Source: Paragordius varius
Taxonomy: Eukaryota > Animalia > Nematomorpha
Assembly: GCA_964247055.1 (NCBI GenBank)
Contig: OZ176052.1
Span: 4,836,001-4,900,000 of the forward strand
DNA: 64,000 nt
Direction: 5' to 3'
Position numbers and translations under genes: made by a program. Within the stretch, counting starts at the first letter, position 1. Each line of letters opens with the position of its first letter. A model generated the notes under the pieces. That model was not told where the DNA came from, did no database searches, and was given only the letters and a program-made list of their open reading frames with translations. This document shows, piece by piece, positions 39,866 to 52,084 of the stretch.

Positions 39866-41143
39866 TTAATATAATCTTTGAGATGGACCCATGGTGCTTT
39901 TAATGTGAAGAGCTCGTATATTTTGCCAATTTTTCTTCAATAAAGAAACCAAAAAATTGATGGACATATTAATGTTTGAAGCAAGTTCATCCGGTGTCAT
40001 ACCAACATTTCCTACGGCCAAAGCAAGACAAAGTACCTAATTAAAAAATAATAAATCAAAGGGGTAAATTAATAAAAAATATTCAATTTATCTGCACTCA
40101 AAATAAAATTCTTTCTGTTTTACACCACAAATTATTTAAAAATTAGACATTATCATATTTAATATAATCATTTTAACATGTATCTTTTAAACTTCAAAAG
40201 GCTGGTAAAAGGCAATCTAGGGTATAATAAAGTCTTGCACAATCCAAAAAGTAAAATAGAAGTGTTGTAATCAAATATCCCAATTAGTGTTACAAATGAT
40301 GTCTTATATTTTTAATAATCATAATTAAAACTGTTAATGAATATTCAAAAATATTGAGCCTTAAAAATGATATCTTTTAACAAAATATTAACCTATCAAA
40401 GATATATTGTCCATAATATCTTCTATAATTTAATTATTTTTTAACATAGGGTGTTGTATAAAATTTGGAAATTAACAATTTTTAAAAATACCTTTTTCAT
40501 TTGAAACTTTATTGTCGATTTGACCTCTTCCACCTTTGCAATCATAGATTCTCCGTGCGTTAAAACGGTAGGAAATTTACCAGCTTTATTAAGGCCAGGA
40601 CCTAATATTCTTGGTATTTGTTTAATCAAAGAATCAGAAGCCAAAAAAGCGTCATAACTCTTGGCTAAATATTTAATACGTAAATATTAATACATAAGTA
40701 AAATATTAAAAAATCAGCAAAATATTTTAATCATCAGTATCAAGAGTAGCAAATTTTCTAATAGTCATCATTTAAATAAACAACTAACCTAATTGCTTAA
40801 CCAATTTTTTGTTTTTGTTCAATTTTTTTAAAGCCTCAGCATCCATATATGGAATATTATTTGCTTTAGCTTCATCGCAATGTTGTTGATCTCCTAACAT
40901 ACACACCTTAAATTTTGGACGTGGCGCATACTTTACCCTGATTATTAATATTAAATTTACCTGATACTTCCTGAAAACCTTTTATCCTTTTGTGGATCAT
41001 AATTTTTCAATGCTATTTGTAACTCAACAGTTTCTAAAAAACCGCGCTTTTTTTCTTGAGATTTGGTTAAAACGGAATTGATAGCTTCCAACAAAGAATC
41101 CTTAGATATTTTACTGATATAAGGAATTACTTTACCTGGACAT
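39866..41143 (-). CDS. RPL10A: 60S ribosomal protein L10a (uL1)
   Basis: Exons 41136-41143, 40961-41113, 40789-40937, 40492-40664 and 39866-40036 total 654 nt = 217 aa: [14 protein letters not shown]...[35 protein letters not shown]...[13 protein letters not shown]. Introns are 22, 23, 124 and 455 nt. Confidence 0.97.
40714..40771 (-). ncRNA. Box C/D snoRNA, U76/SNORD76-like, in RPL10A intron 3
   Basis: Sense strand: C box ATGATGA, guide GAAAATTTGCTACTC, D' TTGA, C'-like CTGATGA, D box CTGA. The guide is complementary to the conserved LSU rRNA segment AGUAGCAAAU. ATTTGCTACTCTTGA matches the U76 guide plus D' as I recall it. Confidence 0.75.
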
Positions 41144-41695
41144 CTATGCCGGAACTATAAACTTCACACAATGCAAAACAGATGCTTTATAATGTTCAGA
41201 TATAATGATATAAGACGCTTTTCAAAATTTCATTGCTACACTTTCTGAAATAATTTTTTGATATTTTCCAATTATTTTAAATAGAGTAATTAATATGTGT
41301 ATCAATATATATAGTAAAGAAGGTGTAGGTTTAAGTAACTAAAAACGAATAGGCTCATTCCACAAAGTAAAAATTATTTAAATATTTTTAAATACGCCCA
41401 CAGTGACTATGGATTTTTTGCAATTAGGCTCTCAGTTTTCTTATACCCATTTAAAAATCGGGATCCAAAAATTTTAATGTACTTTTACGATAAACGTGTA
41501 ATTTTTCGATATTAATTTAATTCTTACTATGCCCTTAAGGACTATTATTTCTAAATTAAGCCTTCCCTTATAAAAAATACGGTTTTTCAATGTTTGTGTG
41601 TTAAAACATGATTCGGAAAAATGGGTACAGGATTCAATAAAGATTTTTATATGTTATACGATTGCGCCGAAAATGTCAAGCCATTTTTGTATTAA

Positions 41696-44197
41696 CACCT
41701 GGATTCGAATAGGCGTACCTAAATATCCCATAATATATTTAAGTTTGAAAGAAACGTAATTTGAATTTATGCTTTGATTCTAATCCAAATTATATGAATA
41801 AGCCAAAATATCTATATAAAATTTAGTTTTTTTAAAAAAGTTTTCTTATCAAACTACTTCGACGCCATATTTACTCTATTTTTTGCAAAAATCATGGCTT
41901 AAGTTAAATTTGATTAAACTCACATTTAACATTAATATAAACAGAAAAAAAGGTATATTTTGCATTATATAAATATTTAGATGCATGCATCATGTTGGCT
42001 AATTCTTTACTTTTGGGTTTTGCTTTTGAGTACAAGTATTTTATATTTCGATATATTAATGTCGTCAAGACTTTTGCCTTCAATTTATTCCATATTTTTT
42101 AAAATACTTAATTTTAAACCTGGTGAATCCAACAACCCCATTTAAATCGAAGGATAATAAATAAGTTGTATCCAAGTATAGATAAAAATATGAGGTGTAA
42201 GCTTTGAACAAGGCTTAGGAAAAACAGATAAGCCCATTCCGATTCCAAAAAAATACATATTATCATTTATAAAAACGCCAAAAGTGACTAAGCCCTTTTT
42301 TAAATTAGGCCCTTATTTTTTCCCACCCCGTGTAAAAATCGAGTTTTTTTAAAAAAAATGGACTCTAAAATTTTAAGTTTGACAGACGTTCACACAAAAC
42401 GTGTGCGCCCATTAAGTTTCAATGGTGTACGTTTTTTAATGTTTTACAAATGTACCGAGGGTGACTAAGCCCTTTTTTAAATTAACCTCTTTAAAAATGC
42501 GGTTTATTTGGTGGGACACGATATCAAAAAATGTTAAGACCAGTCGGTTTCAATAGTTTTTTTATTGTACAATTGCGCCGATATTGACTAAACCCTTTTT
42601 AAATCACGGCCTCAGTTTTGCCCCCGTGCAAGATCGCGTTTTTAGGTTTGACAGACGTTCCCTAAAAATGTAGGCCCATTCAGTTTCACTAGCGTTTTTT
42701 AAATATTTTAGAAAGGCGCAGAGGGTGAATAAGCTCTTTGCTAAATTAGCTTTTCAGTTTAGCCCCGCACTAATGAAAAAATAGGGTTTTTGAATTGTTG
42801 GCTTTGGCACATGATACCGGATAACGTGTAGGCAGAGTCAGGTTCAGTTATTTTTTTTTCCAATTGTACAAGTTCGCCGAAAGTAACTGAGCCTTTTTAA
42901 AGCCCCTCAATTTAGCTTTGCTTAGTGTGAAAATATGGGCTTTAAGATAATATTGACGTTAAAGCAATTTTTTGGAAAGCGTGTGTGCCTCCTGCCAATT
43001 TATTCGTCAACTTTTCATGTAGTTGAAAATGCGCTGGGGGTGACTAAGCCATCTTTTTTACTCGTCTGTCCAGTTCCGCCTGTGTTAAAATATTTTTTTA
43101 AACAAATACAGGATTTTAGGCACGTTCCCAAAAAAACGTCAGTGAGTTTAATAATGTCTTTTTATAATGTTTTACCAAGGTGCCGAGGGCGACTAAGCCC
43201 TTTTTTGAAATTGACCATTCAGTTCCGCCCGACCCAAACGTGTAGGCGCAGTTAATTTTAATACTACACATTTTTATTGCTTTACAAGCGCCGAAAGTGA
43301 CTAATCCCTGTTTTTGAATTAGTCCCTCAATTCAGCCGCGTCTATTGTCACAAAAAGAGTGGCTTTAAAGCAATTTGCCGTAAAAGCGCATGTGCATAAT
43401 TTAAATTAAAAATAAATAGAGGCCCCGCTGTAACTCAATTATAATTTTCCTTCTGTTCAATTTCTCCCGTGTAAAAAGAAGTTTTCTAATTGACTTAAAA
43501 GCATTTTCCCGCAAAACATATCAGACCTTTAAAGTGATACTAATTAAAAATGAAAAGAATAAAACTACGGATTATTAAATTGGTTGCTTAAAATGCATCT
43601 ATATATTACATATGTTTGCATTCTACGAATTTTAAAATCACCCTCTGTAATTACAAATAACACTTGGAAACAAAACATTCATTTCGGTCCATCGATTCAA
43701 ATTAGGATCGTTATATCCCAGGCCTTAAAATTTTCTTTAAACAATATAAAAAAAATTGACTATATGATAGTTCGCGCTTAATCATTACTGAACCGAAATA
43801 TATAAAATTTCATTCACAAAACTTGACATTTATTTTAATATAACTCCCAAGGAAAGAATTAAGTCAACAAGATATGTGTGCATTAGCTAAATTAAATACA
43901 AGGTAAACCATTTTTTCTGTTTCTATCAATAATAGATGTAATTAAAATACGATATTAGCTTGTATTTTAGCCTTAAAATTAAATAAATACGATATTTTGA
44001 AAAATGTCGTAAATTAAAAATGACGTCGGAGTTGTTTGATATGGATTTTTTTAAAACTAAATGGTATTTGGATTTTTTGGTTTATTTATATATATTTTAG
44101 GTTAGAAGCCTAAATTTGAATTGGAACCGATTCTTTCAGTAGTTTTTTTAAATATCAATTACAGTCTTGGGTATTTATAGCCCAAGTTGAATGAGTG
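41696..44197. mobile_element. TTAA-flanked foldback element (family B arms) enclosing a GC-richer tandem array
   Basis: Bounded by TTAA|CAC (41692-41698) and GTG|TTAA (44195-44201). About 350 bp of the right end is an imperfect reverse complement of the left end and of the MITEs at 50760 and 51464. Confidence 0.6.
42275..43480 (+). repeat. Degenerate ~130-160 bp tandem array
   Basis: Recurring cgccga(a)agtgactaagccctttttt..aatt..ccct motif near 42277, 42455, 42575, 42718, 42875, 43182 and 43290. It resembles the Helitron family A subrepeat. Confidence 0.75.
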
Positions 44198-44245
44198 TTA
44201 ATAAACTAGGGTTTCACAAAATGTATTATAAATTTAATTGTTAAA

Positions 44246-47200
44246 TCTATATATTTATAAAAATGGAAAATGCTGGCTTTGTGATCTGGTACAGGAAAAC
44301 CGGTAGACCCAATTAAATCCAAATATCGAAAAAATATAATCATTAATAAATGTCCCGACAATAGCTTCGCCCTTTTTTTGAAATAGGCCCCCAGTTCGGG
44401 CCCACCCCGTATGAAAAACGGGTTTTTTTTGAAAACAGAAGTCCACATAATTCGTGTCTTTGAGACAATTTTCTGGAGAACGTGTTGGACCATTTAATTT
44501 CAAATATGATTTTTGTTTACTTATTTTCGATTGCGCCGAACATAGTCGAGTCAGTTTTTTGATTTAAGCCCTCTTTTTACCCGCTCCCCCCGTAAAATGC
44601 CATTTTTTTTAAAAAACAAAGTCCACAAAAATAATTTTTTAAATCTATTTTTCGCCCTAGGTATGAAACCGTAAAAATTCAATATGGATTCCACGTATTC
44701 CCTGTTAAAAGGCAAAAATTTTAGTCAGGCGTTTCTTTGATGATAGCTGCTGGGTAAGGAGCTACCGCTAAAAACTGATTTTTCATGTAACTTTGTGATC
44801 TGTTTCCGGAAAACCGGTGAACCCATTCAAATCCAAACATCGAAAAAATTCAATCATTAATGAATGCCCGGACAATAGCTTCGCCCTTTTTTGGAATTAG
44901 GTCCCCAGTTTGGGCCCACCCCGTGTGAAAAATGGGTTAAGTCAATTATTTGGAGAACGTGTTGGACCATTCAATTTCAAATATGATTTTTGTTTACTTA
45001 TTTTCGATTGCGCCGAACATAGTCGAGTCAGTTTTTTGATTTAGGCCCTCTTTTTACCCGCTACCCCCGTAAAATGCCAATTTTTTCAAAAAAAAACAAA
45101 GTCCACAAAAATATTTTTTTGATTGTATTTTTTTGCCCACGGTATGAGACTGTAAAAATTCGAGAAAGATTTTTCGTATTGCCTGTTAAAAAGCAAAAAT
45201 TTTAGTCAAGCGTTTGTTTGATGATAGATGCTGAGTAAGGAGTATCTATCATATGTATGGTTGGTTGGTTTTTCCTAAGTCGTAAACGACTTTTTGGATA
45301 TAGTTTTAACTATTTCTTTCCATTTTTTTCTATCTTTAACCGCTATATTGAGCTCTTTCAGTGTCATTTTGGTCTCTTCTTTTATCATATACAACCACCT
45401 CATCGGTGGTCGGCCTCGTTTCCTTTGCCCTTCTACCTTCCCAAACATTGTATCTTTCTCCAGAGAATTCGATCGCATGACATGACCAAAATATGTTAAC
45501 TTTCTTTTTAGAATTATCTCCATGATGTTTGTTTTAGGTTTTATTTCTGTAGTTAGATTTTCATTCTTAATTTTATCCTTCCAGGTGTATCCTAGCATCC
45601 TACGCCAGCAACTCCTTTCAAAAGCCATGAGCCTTTCTTTGTCCTTTTTTCTGAGAGTCCAACTCTCACATCCATATGTGGTAACCGGGAGAACGAAACA
45701 GTAGAGTAATCTTTTTTTGGTTTCAACCCCTACGCTTTTGTTTTTCCAAATCTTTATTAATTTGGTCATCGCTTCTCTACCCAATCCTATTCTATTTCTG
45801 ATGTCAGGAGTTGAATACCCATCCTCTGAAATTATTGCGCCCAAAAACGTTAACTGTTTAACTATTTCTATTTCTACTCCTTCTATTATAATTGTAGGCT
45901 TTTTTCCTGTACATAATATTTTGGTTTTGTTAGGATTAAGCCTAAGACCATACCTCAAACTTTCCTTTCGAATCTCTTCAATCAATTCCTTCAAATCATT
46001 TGCACTTTCAGCTATAAGAGTGGTATCGTCTGCAAACCTTAAATTATTGATTGTTCTCCCTCCTATTCTTACTCCAATATTTTTACCATCCAATTTCCTC
46101 ATTATCATTTCTGTGCACATATTGAACAGATAAGGGGATAAGCAACACCCTTGTCTGACTCCTTTCAAGATTGGTATTTCGTCTGTGTCCCCCGCTGGTG
46201 TTCTAATAATCGCTCTTTGTTTTACATACAGAGAGCTAATCAATCTTATTAAGTGAGACGATACCCCTACTAACTTTAATGTTTCCCACAAGGAGTCATA
46301 GTTAATTGAATCGAATGCTTGTCTGTAATCAATAAAACACATGTATAATTCTTTCTGGAACTCTTTTGATGTTTCCATTATCCTTCTCATGTTTGAGATG
46401 TGGTCTCTTGTGCTTTTTCCCTTCATAAATCCGGCTTGATTTTCTGGTATTTCTGTCTGTATGATACTGTGCATTCTGTTTTGTATTACTTTTAGTAAGA
46501 CCTTACTAGCGTGGCTAATAAGAGATATGTTCCGATAATTCTCGCATTGGAGTACATCTCCTTTTTTATATATTGGGAGATATACAGATGATGCCCAATC
46601 GTTTGGCCACTCACATGATTCCCACACCTTTTGACATAACTGGTGTAACTTTTCAACGGGAATAGCTTTTATGAACTCTATTGGGATATTGTCTAATCCC
46701 ATCGCTTTGTTGTTAGGAATTTGTTTTAAGGCTAATTCAACCTCCTCTCTTAATATATCTGGATCACGTTCTTCTTCTTTTTGCAACACCTTTGTTTGAG
46801 GAGCCTGATAGAGTTTTTGGGTGTATTCCTTCCATCTTTCTCGTACTTCTGTTTGTTTGCACAATATGGTGCCATTCTCTTTTTTAATCTTTTGTGATGA
46901 TATAAAAGGTTTATGAGTCATTTGCTTCAGTTTCTGGGAACATTGGTTGCATTAATCCTTTTTTGTTATTTAATTCCACTTCCAGACATTGTTTATTAAG
47001 AAAATCTTCGTAATCCTTCCTTGTTTGTCGTTGAAATTCTTTGTTATATAATTTTACCATTTTATTATCACCTCTTGATTTAGCTTTTCTCCTCTTTTCT
47101 GCTATCTCTATACTCTTTTCTGATATCCATTTGTTATCTTTCCTCTTTACTCTCTGCACTTTTTCTTTTGCCACTTCATTAACAACATTTTTTATCGTTC

Positions 47201-50200
47201 CCCATAATTGTTCTGAGCTACATCCATTGTCCAATCTTCCTAATCTATCTTTGGTTTCTGTTCTAAAACTATTTGGAATGTTCCGAGTGTCATATCTGTA
47301 TATCTGTTTAACCTTATTTTTAATTATTTTAAGTTTGATTTTGGTTATTAGAAGCTCATGATCGCTAGAGCAATCGCTGCTTTTGCTTGTTTTGGTATCG
47401 ATTATAGAGCTTTTCCATTTTTGAGGACACATTATGTAATCAATTTGATTCTTATATTTACCACATGGAGAGGTCCATGTGTATAACCTCCTATTGTGTT
47501 GTGGAAACCATGTGTTGGTTATCATCATCTCATTTTCTTGACAAAAATTGATCAGTGCTTCCACGGCCTCGTTTCGTTCTCCCAATCCATATGGCCCGAC
47601 TATTTGATCTACTCTACCTCTACCAACTTTGCTGTTCCAATCCCCTCCTATGATAATCATATCTCCTTTCTTCGTTTCATCCAAAACTATTTGCAACGTT
47701 GCATAAAAGTCCTCTATGTCTTCTTTGGGAGCGTTTGACGTAGGAGCATAGACTACTATGTATGTAAATTTAAGTGGCTTGGCATTCAGCCTAACACTCA
47801 TGATTCTGGGTGTATATGGTGTATAACTAATGAGACTTTTATTTAATTTGTTTTTTATTAATACTGCAACGCCTTCAGATTTCTGGTCCTCTCTCCCCGA
47901 TCTTAACAATGTATAATTTTCGTTTTGTACTTTCGCGCTACCTTTTTGCTTGGTTTCCGTTAGACCCAGTATATCTACGTTTAATCTTTCCATTTCCTTT
48001 TCAATTATCACCTGTTTGGTTGATGTTAAGGAACGTACGTTCCAGCATCCAACTTTGAAAAGTCTTGTTAAGTTCCTATAGTAAAACTATTTTTTGGCAG
48101 TAATAAACGAGGGTGGTTTGCCATTGCCTTCCCTCTCACTTACCCTCTTTACAAAAAATAAATATCTAGAATAATTAAAATTAAAGAGTAATCTTTATAA
48201 ATGTTGTTAATTTGGATAAATTATAAATATTTGTCTGGCAATCATAAAGGAAAAATATAAAGAAATTATGGCTAGGCTAGTAAAAATAAAATAATTAGGC
48301 ACCAAGGAGTAGAGAAAAAAAAAGAAGAGAGATCTGTATAACAATTATTTTTGATGACTTAAGAATTATGTTACTCTTTAAATTACATACTTAGCATACA
48401 AATAAAATAAAAACTCTACAAAACAAAGAAAAAGATTAATAATTACTAAAAGAAAACATATTTTATAAATATATTTATAGTATATAATAATATAATACTA
48501 TCCTTGAATATCTTGCCGCTTTCAATCACATGGTTTCATGCATCATCATATGTATAGCATGTTAAAAGATATATGGATATTAATACATTATTTATGGTAA
48601 TCTATATATTTATAAAAATGGAAAATGCTGGCTTTGTGATCTGGTACAGGAAAACCGGTAGACCCAATTAAATCCAAATATCGTAAAAATATAATCATTA
48701 ATAAATGTCCCGACAATAGCTTCGCCCTTTTTTTGAAATAGGCCCCCAGTTCGGGCCCACCCCGTATGAAAAACGGGTTTTTTTGAAAACAGAAGTCCAC
48801 ATAATTCGTGTCTTTGAGACAATTTTCTGGAGAACGTGTTGGACCATTTAATTTCAAATATGATTTTTGTTTACTTATTTTCGATTGCGCCGAACATAGT
48901 CGAGTCAGTTTTTTGATTTAAGCCCTCTTTTTACCCGCTCCCCCCGTAAAATGCCATTTTTTTTAAAAAACAAAGTCCACAAAAATAATTTTTTAAATCT
49001 ATTTTTCGCCCTAGGTATGAAACCGTAAAAATTCAATATGGATTCCACGTATTCCCTGTTAAAAGGCAAAAATTTTAGTCAGGCGTTTCTTTGATGATAG
49101 CTGCTGGGTAAGGAGCTACCCGCTAAAAACTGATTTTTCATGTAACTTTGTGATCTGTTTCCGGAAAACCGGTGAACCCATTCAAATCCAAACATCGAAA
49201 AAATTCAATCATTAATGAATGCCCGGACAATAGCTTCGCCCTTTTTTGGAATTAGGTCCCCAGTTTGGGCCCACCCCGTGTGAAAAATGGGTTAAGTCAA
49301 TTTTTTGGAGAACGTGTTGGACCATTCAATTTCAAATATGATTTTTGTTTACTTATTTTCGATTGCGCCGAACATAGTCGAGTCAGTTTTTTGATTTAGG
49401 CCCTCTTTTTACCCGCTACCCCCGTAAAATGCCAATTTTTTCAAAAAAAAACAAAGTCCACAAAAATATTTTTTTGATTGTATTTTTTTGCCCACGGTAT
49501 GAGACTGTAAAAATTCGAGAAAGATTTTTCGTATTGCCTGTTAAAAGGCAAAAATTTTAGTCAGGCGTTTCTTTGATGATAGCTGCTGGGTAAGGAGCTA
49601 CCCGCTAAAAACTGATTTCTCATGTAACTTTGTGATCTGTTTCCGGAAAACCGGTGAACCCAATCAAATCCAAACATCGAAAAAATATAATCATTAATGA
49701 ATGCCCCGACAATAGCTTCGCCCTTTTTTTGAATTAGGTCCCCAGTTTGGGCCCACCCCGTGTGAAAAATGGGTTAAGTCAATTTTTTGGAGTTGGACCA
49801 TTCAATTTCAAGTATGTATTTTGTTTACTTATTTTTGATCGCGCTGAACATAGTCGAGTCACTTTTTTGATATAGGCCCTCTTTTTACTCGCTACCCCCG
49901 TAAAATGCCAATTTTTTAAAAAAAAAAACAAAGTCCACAAAAATATTTTTTTGATTGTATTTTTTTGCCCACGGTATGAGACTGTAAAAATTCGAGAAGG
50001 ATTTTTCGTAATGCCTGTTAAAAGGCAAAAATTTTAGTCAGGCGTTTCTTTGATGATAGCTGCTGAGTAAGGAGTATCTATCATATGTATAGCATGTTAA
50101 AAGATATATGGATATTAAAACATTATTTATGGTAATCTATATATTTATAAAAATGGAAAATGCTGGCTTTGTGATCTACAGGAAACACGCTAGACCCATT

Positions 50201-50278
50201 CAAATCCAAACTTCGAACACCCCCCCAGAAGTCCGAAGGACTTCCTCGGGCTGCGTAGCAGCACGAGATTCTCGCTAG
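44246..50278 (+). mobile_element. Composite Helitron: three 5' ends (44246, 48601, 50136), one 3' end, with a LINE inserted
   Basis: A|TCTATATATTTATAAAAATGGAAAATGCTGGC occurs at all three starts. 44246-45258 is near-identical to 48601-49600. A single hairpin + CTAG|T terminus at 50228-50278 is nearly identical to 4938-4989. Confidence 0.85.
45259..48544 (-). mobile_element. Full-length RTE-clade LINE (APE endonuclease + RT), 3286 bp, with a one-base frameshift
   Basis: APE motifs VGCWNVRSL, DILGLTET, GDWN, NQIDYI, SDH. RT motifs QAGF, FIDYRQAFDS, GVRQGCCLSP, RFADD. RTE C-terminus YFGHVMR...RKRGRPPMRW. (AACC)n 3' tail. 11-bp TSD atcatatgtat at 45248-45258 and 48545-48555. Confidence 0.95.
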
Positions 50279-50759
50279 TATTTGATAAAAAGCATATATA
50301 TCTTTCTCATTTTACATTTAAAATAAAACCGGAACAGCTCCAAAAAACGATTTAAAACCAACAGCCTATATGAAATTATATTTATATTAAAATTGCAGGT
50401 TAATCTTAGAGCCTAGTTAATCATCCCATTTTTTAACATAACACTGCGCCCGAAATTGGTGGGTATAAAAAATATCTCGATAATTATGTCTGATAAGAAA
50501 ATATATCAGGATTATCATAGTGCTTTTGTTTGGGCTCCTACGAGTTATTTATAAAAGTCATTACACTTTTATGGTAGTTCCATATCAAATAAAGCATTTG
50601 CGCACATTTTTTAAAAGCCAGAGGCTTCCTTCCAAAATTTATTACTAAAATAATTCATATACTACAAATAAATGCAAATCAATATAATAATTTAATTATT
50701 AGTTGTAGGCTTCGAAAGGCCCAATTTTTTTCTCTCTTCTAAAATGATCCTCCTTTTAA

Positions 50760-51327
50760 CACTTCGATTCAAATTGGGGTATAATACCCCAGACCAAATT
50801 TAAGTTAAAATTTTTAAAAAACTGAAGGAAACGGTCCCAATTTAAATTTATGCCACTATCTTGATAAAAATTATATAAATATGCCAAAATATCTTGATAA
50901 AATTTTGTTTTGAAAAAAAAGTTCCATCTCAAACTACTTTGACGCCATTTTTATTTTACAAAATTTTTGCAAAATATCGTCTTCATTTAATTTTTAGGGT
51001 AAAACTAAAGCCAATTTTTAATAAAAATACATTTAACATTGATAGAAATAGAAAAAGCGGTTTTTTTTGTATTATTTTTTAATTTTACCATTTAAGACAT
51101 GTCACGTTGACGAAATTTTTACCTTTCGGTTTTAGCTTAAAATATATAATATCATTTGAATAAAATTTTTATATATTTAGGTTTATTAATGTTATATAAG
51201 TGCAAAATTTTGCCATGGATTTGATTCCTTCCATACTTTTAAAAGTATTTGATTTTAAACAGGTCTGGGGTATCCAACTACCCCAATTTGAATCGAAGGT
51301 CTAAAATGAGTGTGTTGCATCCAAGTG
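50760..51327. mobile_element. TTAA-flanked (piggyBac-type) MITE family B, 568 bp
   Basis: TTAA|CACTT...AAGTG|TTAA with subterminal inverted repeats ttcgattcaaattgggg / ccccaatttgaatcgaa. Confidence 0.8.
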
Positions 51328-51463
51328 TTAAAAACGCAATTACGAAATTGCGTGATAAAAATTTTGAGTTAAATATTCATCAATTACAAATATTTTTTAA
51401 AAATATTTTTTCAAAAATTAATTTTTAGCAAAATTTTATTTAGCTTCCTTTATAATATTTTAA

Positions 51464-52034
51464 CACTTCGATTCAAATTGGGGTATCTAAATACCCCAGA
51501 TCAAATTTGAGTTAGGATTTTTAAAAAACTACTGAAGAAAACGGTCCCAATTTAAATTTATGCTTCTATCCTAATAAAAATTATATAAATATGCTAAAAT
51601 ATCTGAATAAAATTTTGTTTTGAAAAAAAAGTTGCATGTCCAACTACTTCGACGCCATTTTTATTTTGCTAACTTTTTGCAAAATATCGTCTTCATTTAA
51701 TTTTAAGAGTAAAATTAAAGCTAACTTTTTATTTAAATTATATCTAACATTGACGAAAATAGAAAAAGCGGTTTATTTTGTATTATTTTTCATTTTTAGC
51801 ATTACCCACATGTCATGTTGACTAAACTTTGACCTTTCGGTTTAGCTTAAAATAACTTAAATTAAGTATTTTTGAATATTTTTTAATATATATTTCGGTA
51901 ATGTTATATAAGTGCAATAGTTTGCCATGGTTTTGATTCCTTCCATATTTTTTAAAGAATTTAATAAACAGGACTGGATTATTTAACTACCCCAATTTGA
52001 ATCGAAACTAAAATGAATGTGTTGTATCCAAGTG
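51464..52034. mobile_element. TTAA-flanked MITE family B, second copy, 571 bp
   Basis: Same termini and interior as 50760-51327. Confidence 0.8.
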
Positions 52035-52084
52035 TTAATGAAATAAGATTAGTTATTTCATTAATAATCTCAAGGTACTAATTT

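Noticed and set aside
40205-40213. U5 snRNA loop I motif GCCTTTTAC in RPL10A intron 4
   Set aside because: The flanks do not form the required stem and no Sm site with a 3' hairpin follows.
41114-41130. Alternative 17-nt version of RPL10A intron 1 (GTAATT donor)
   Set aside because: It leaves ATG TCC AGG TAA, an immediate stop; only the 22-nt intron gives MSSK.
41144-41165. AG immediately before the RPL10A ATG as a trans-splice acceptor
   Set aside because: A single dinucleotide with no spliced-leader gene in the window is not enough evidence.
45257-47738. Plus-strand ORFs of 60-138 aa
   Set aside because: They are antisense shadows of the RTE ORF.
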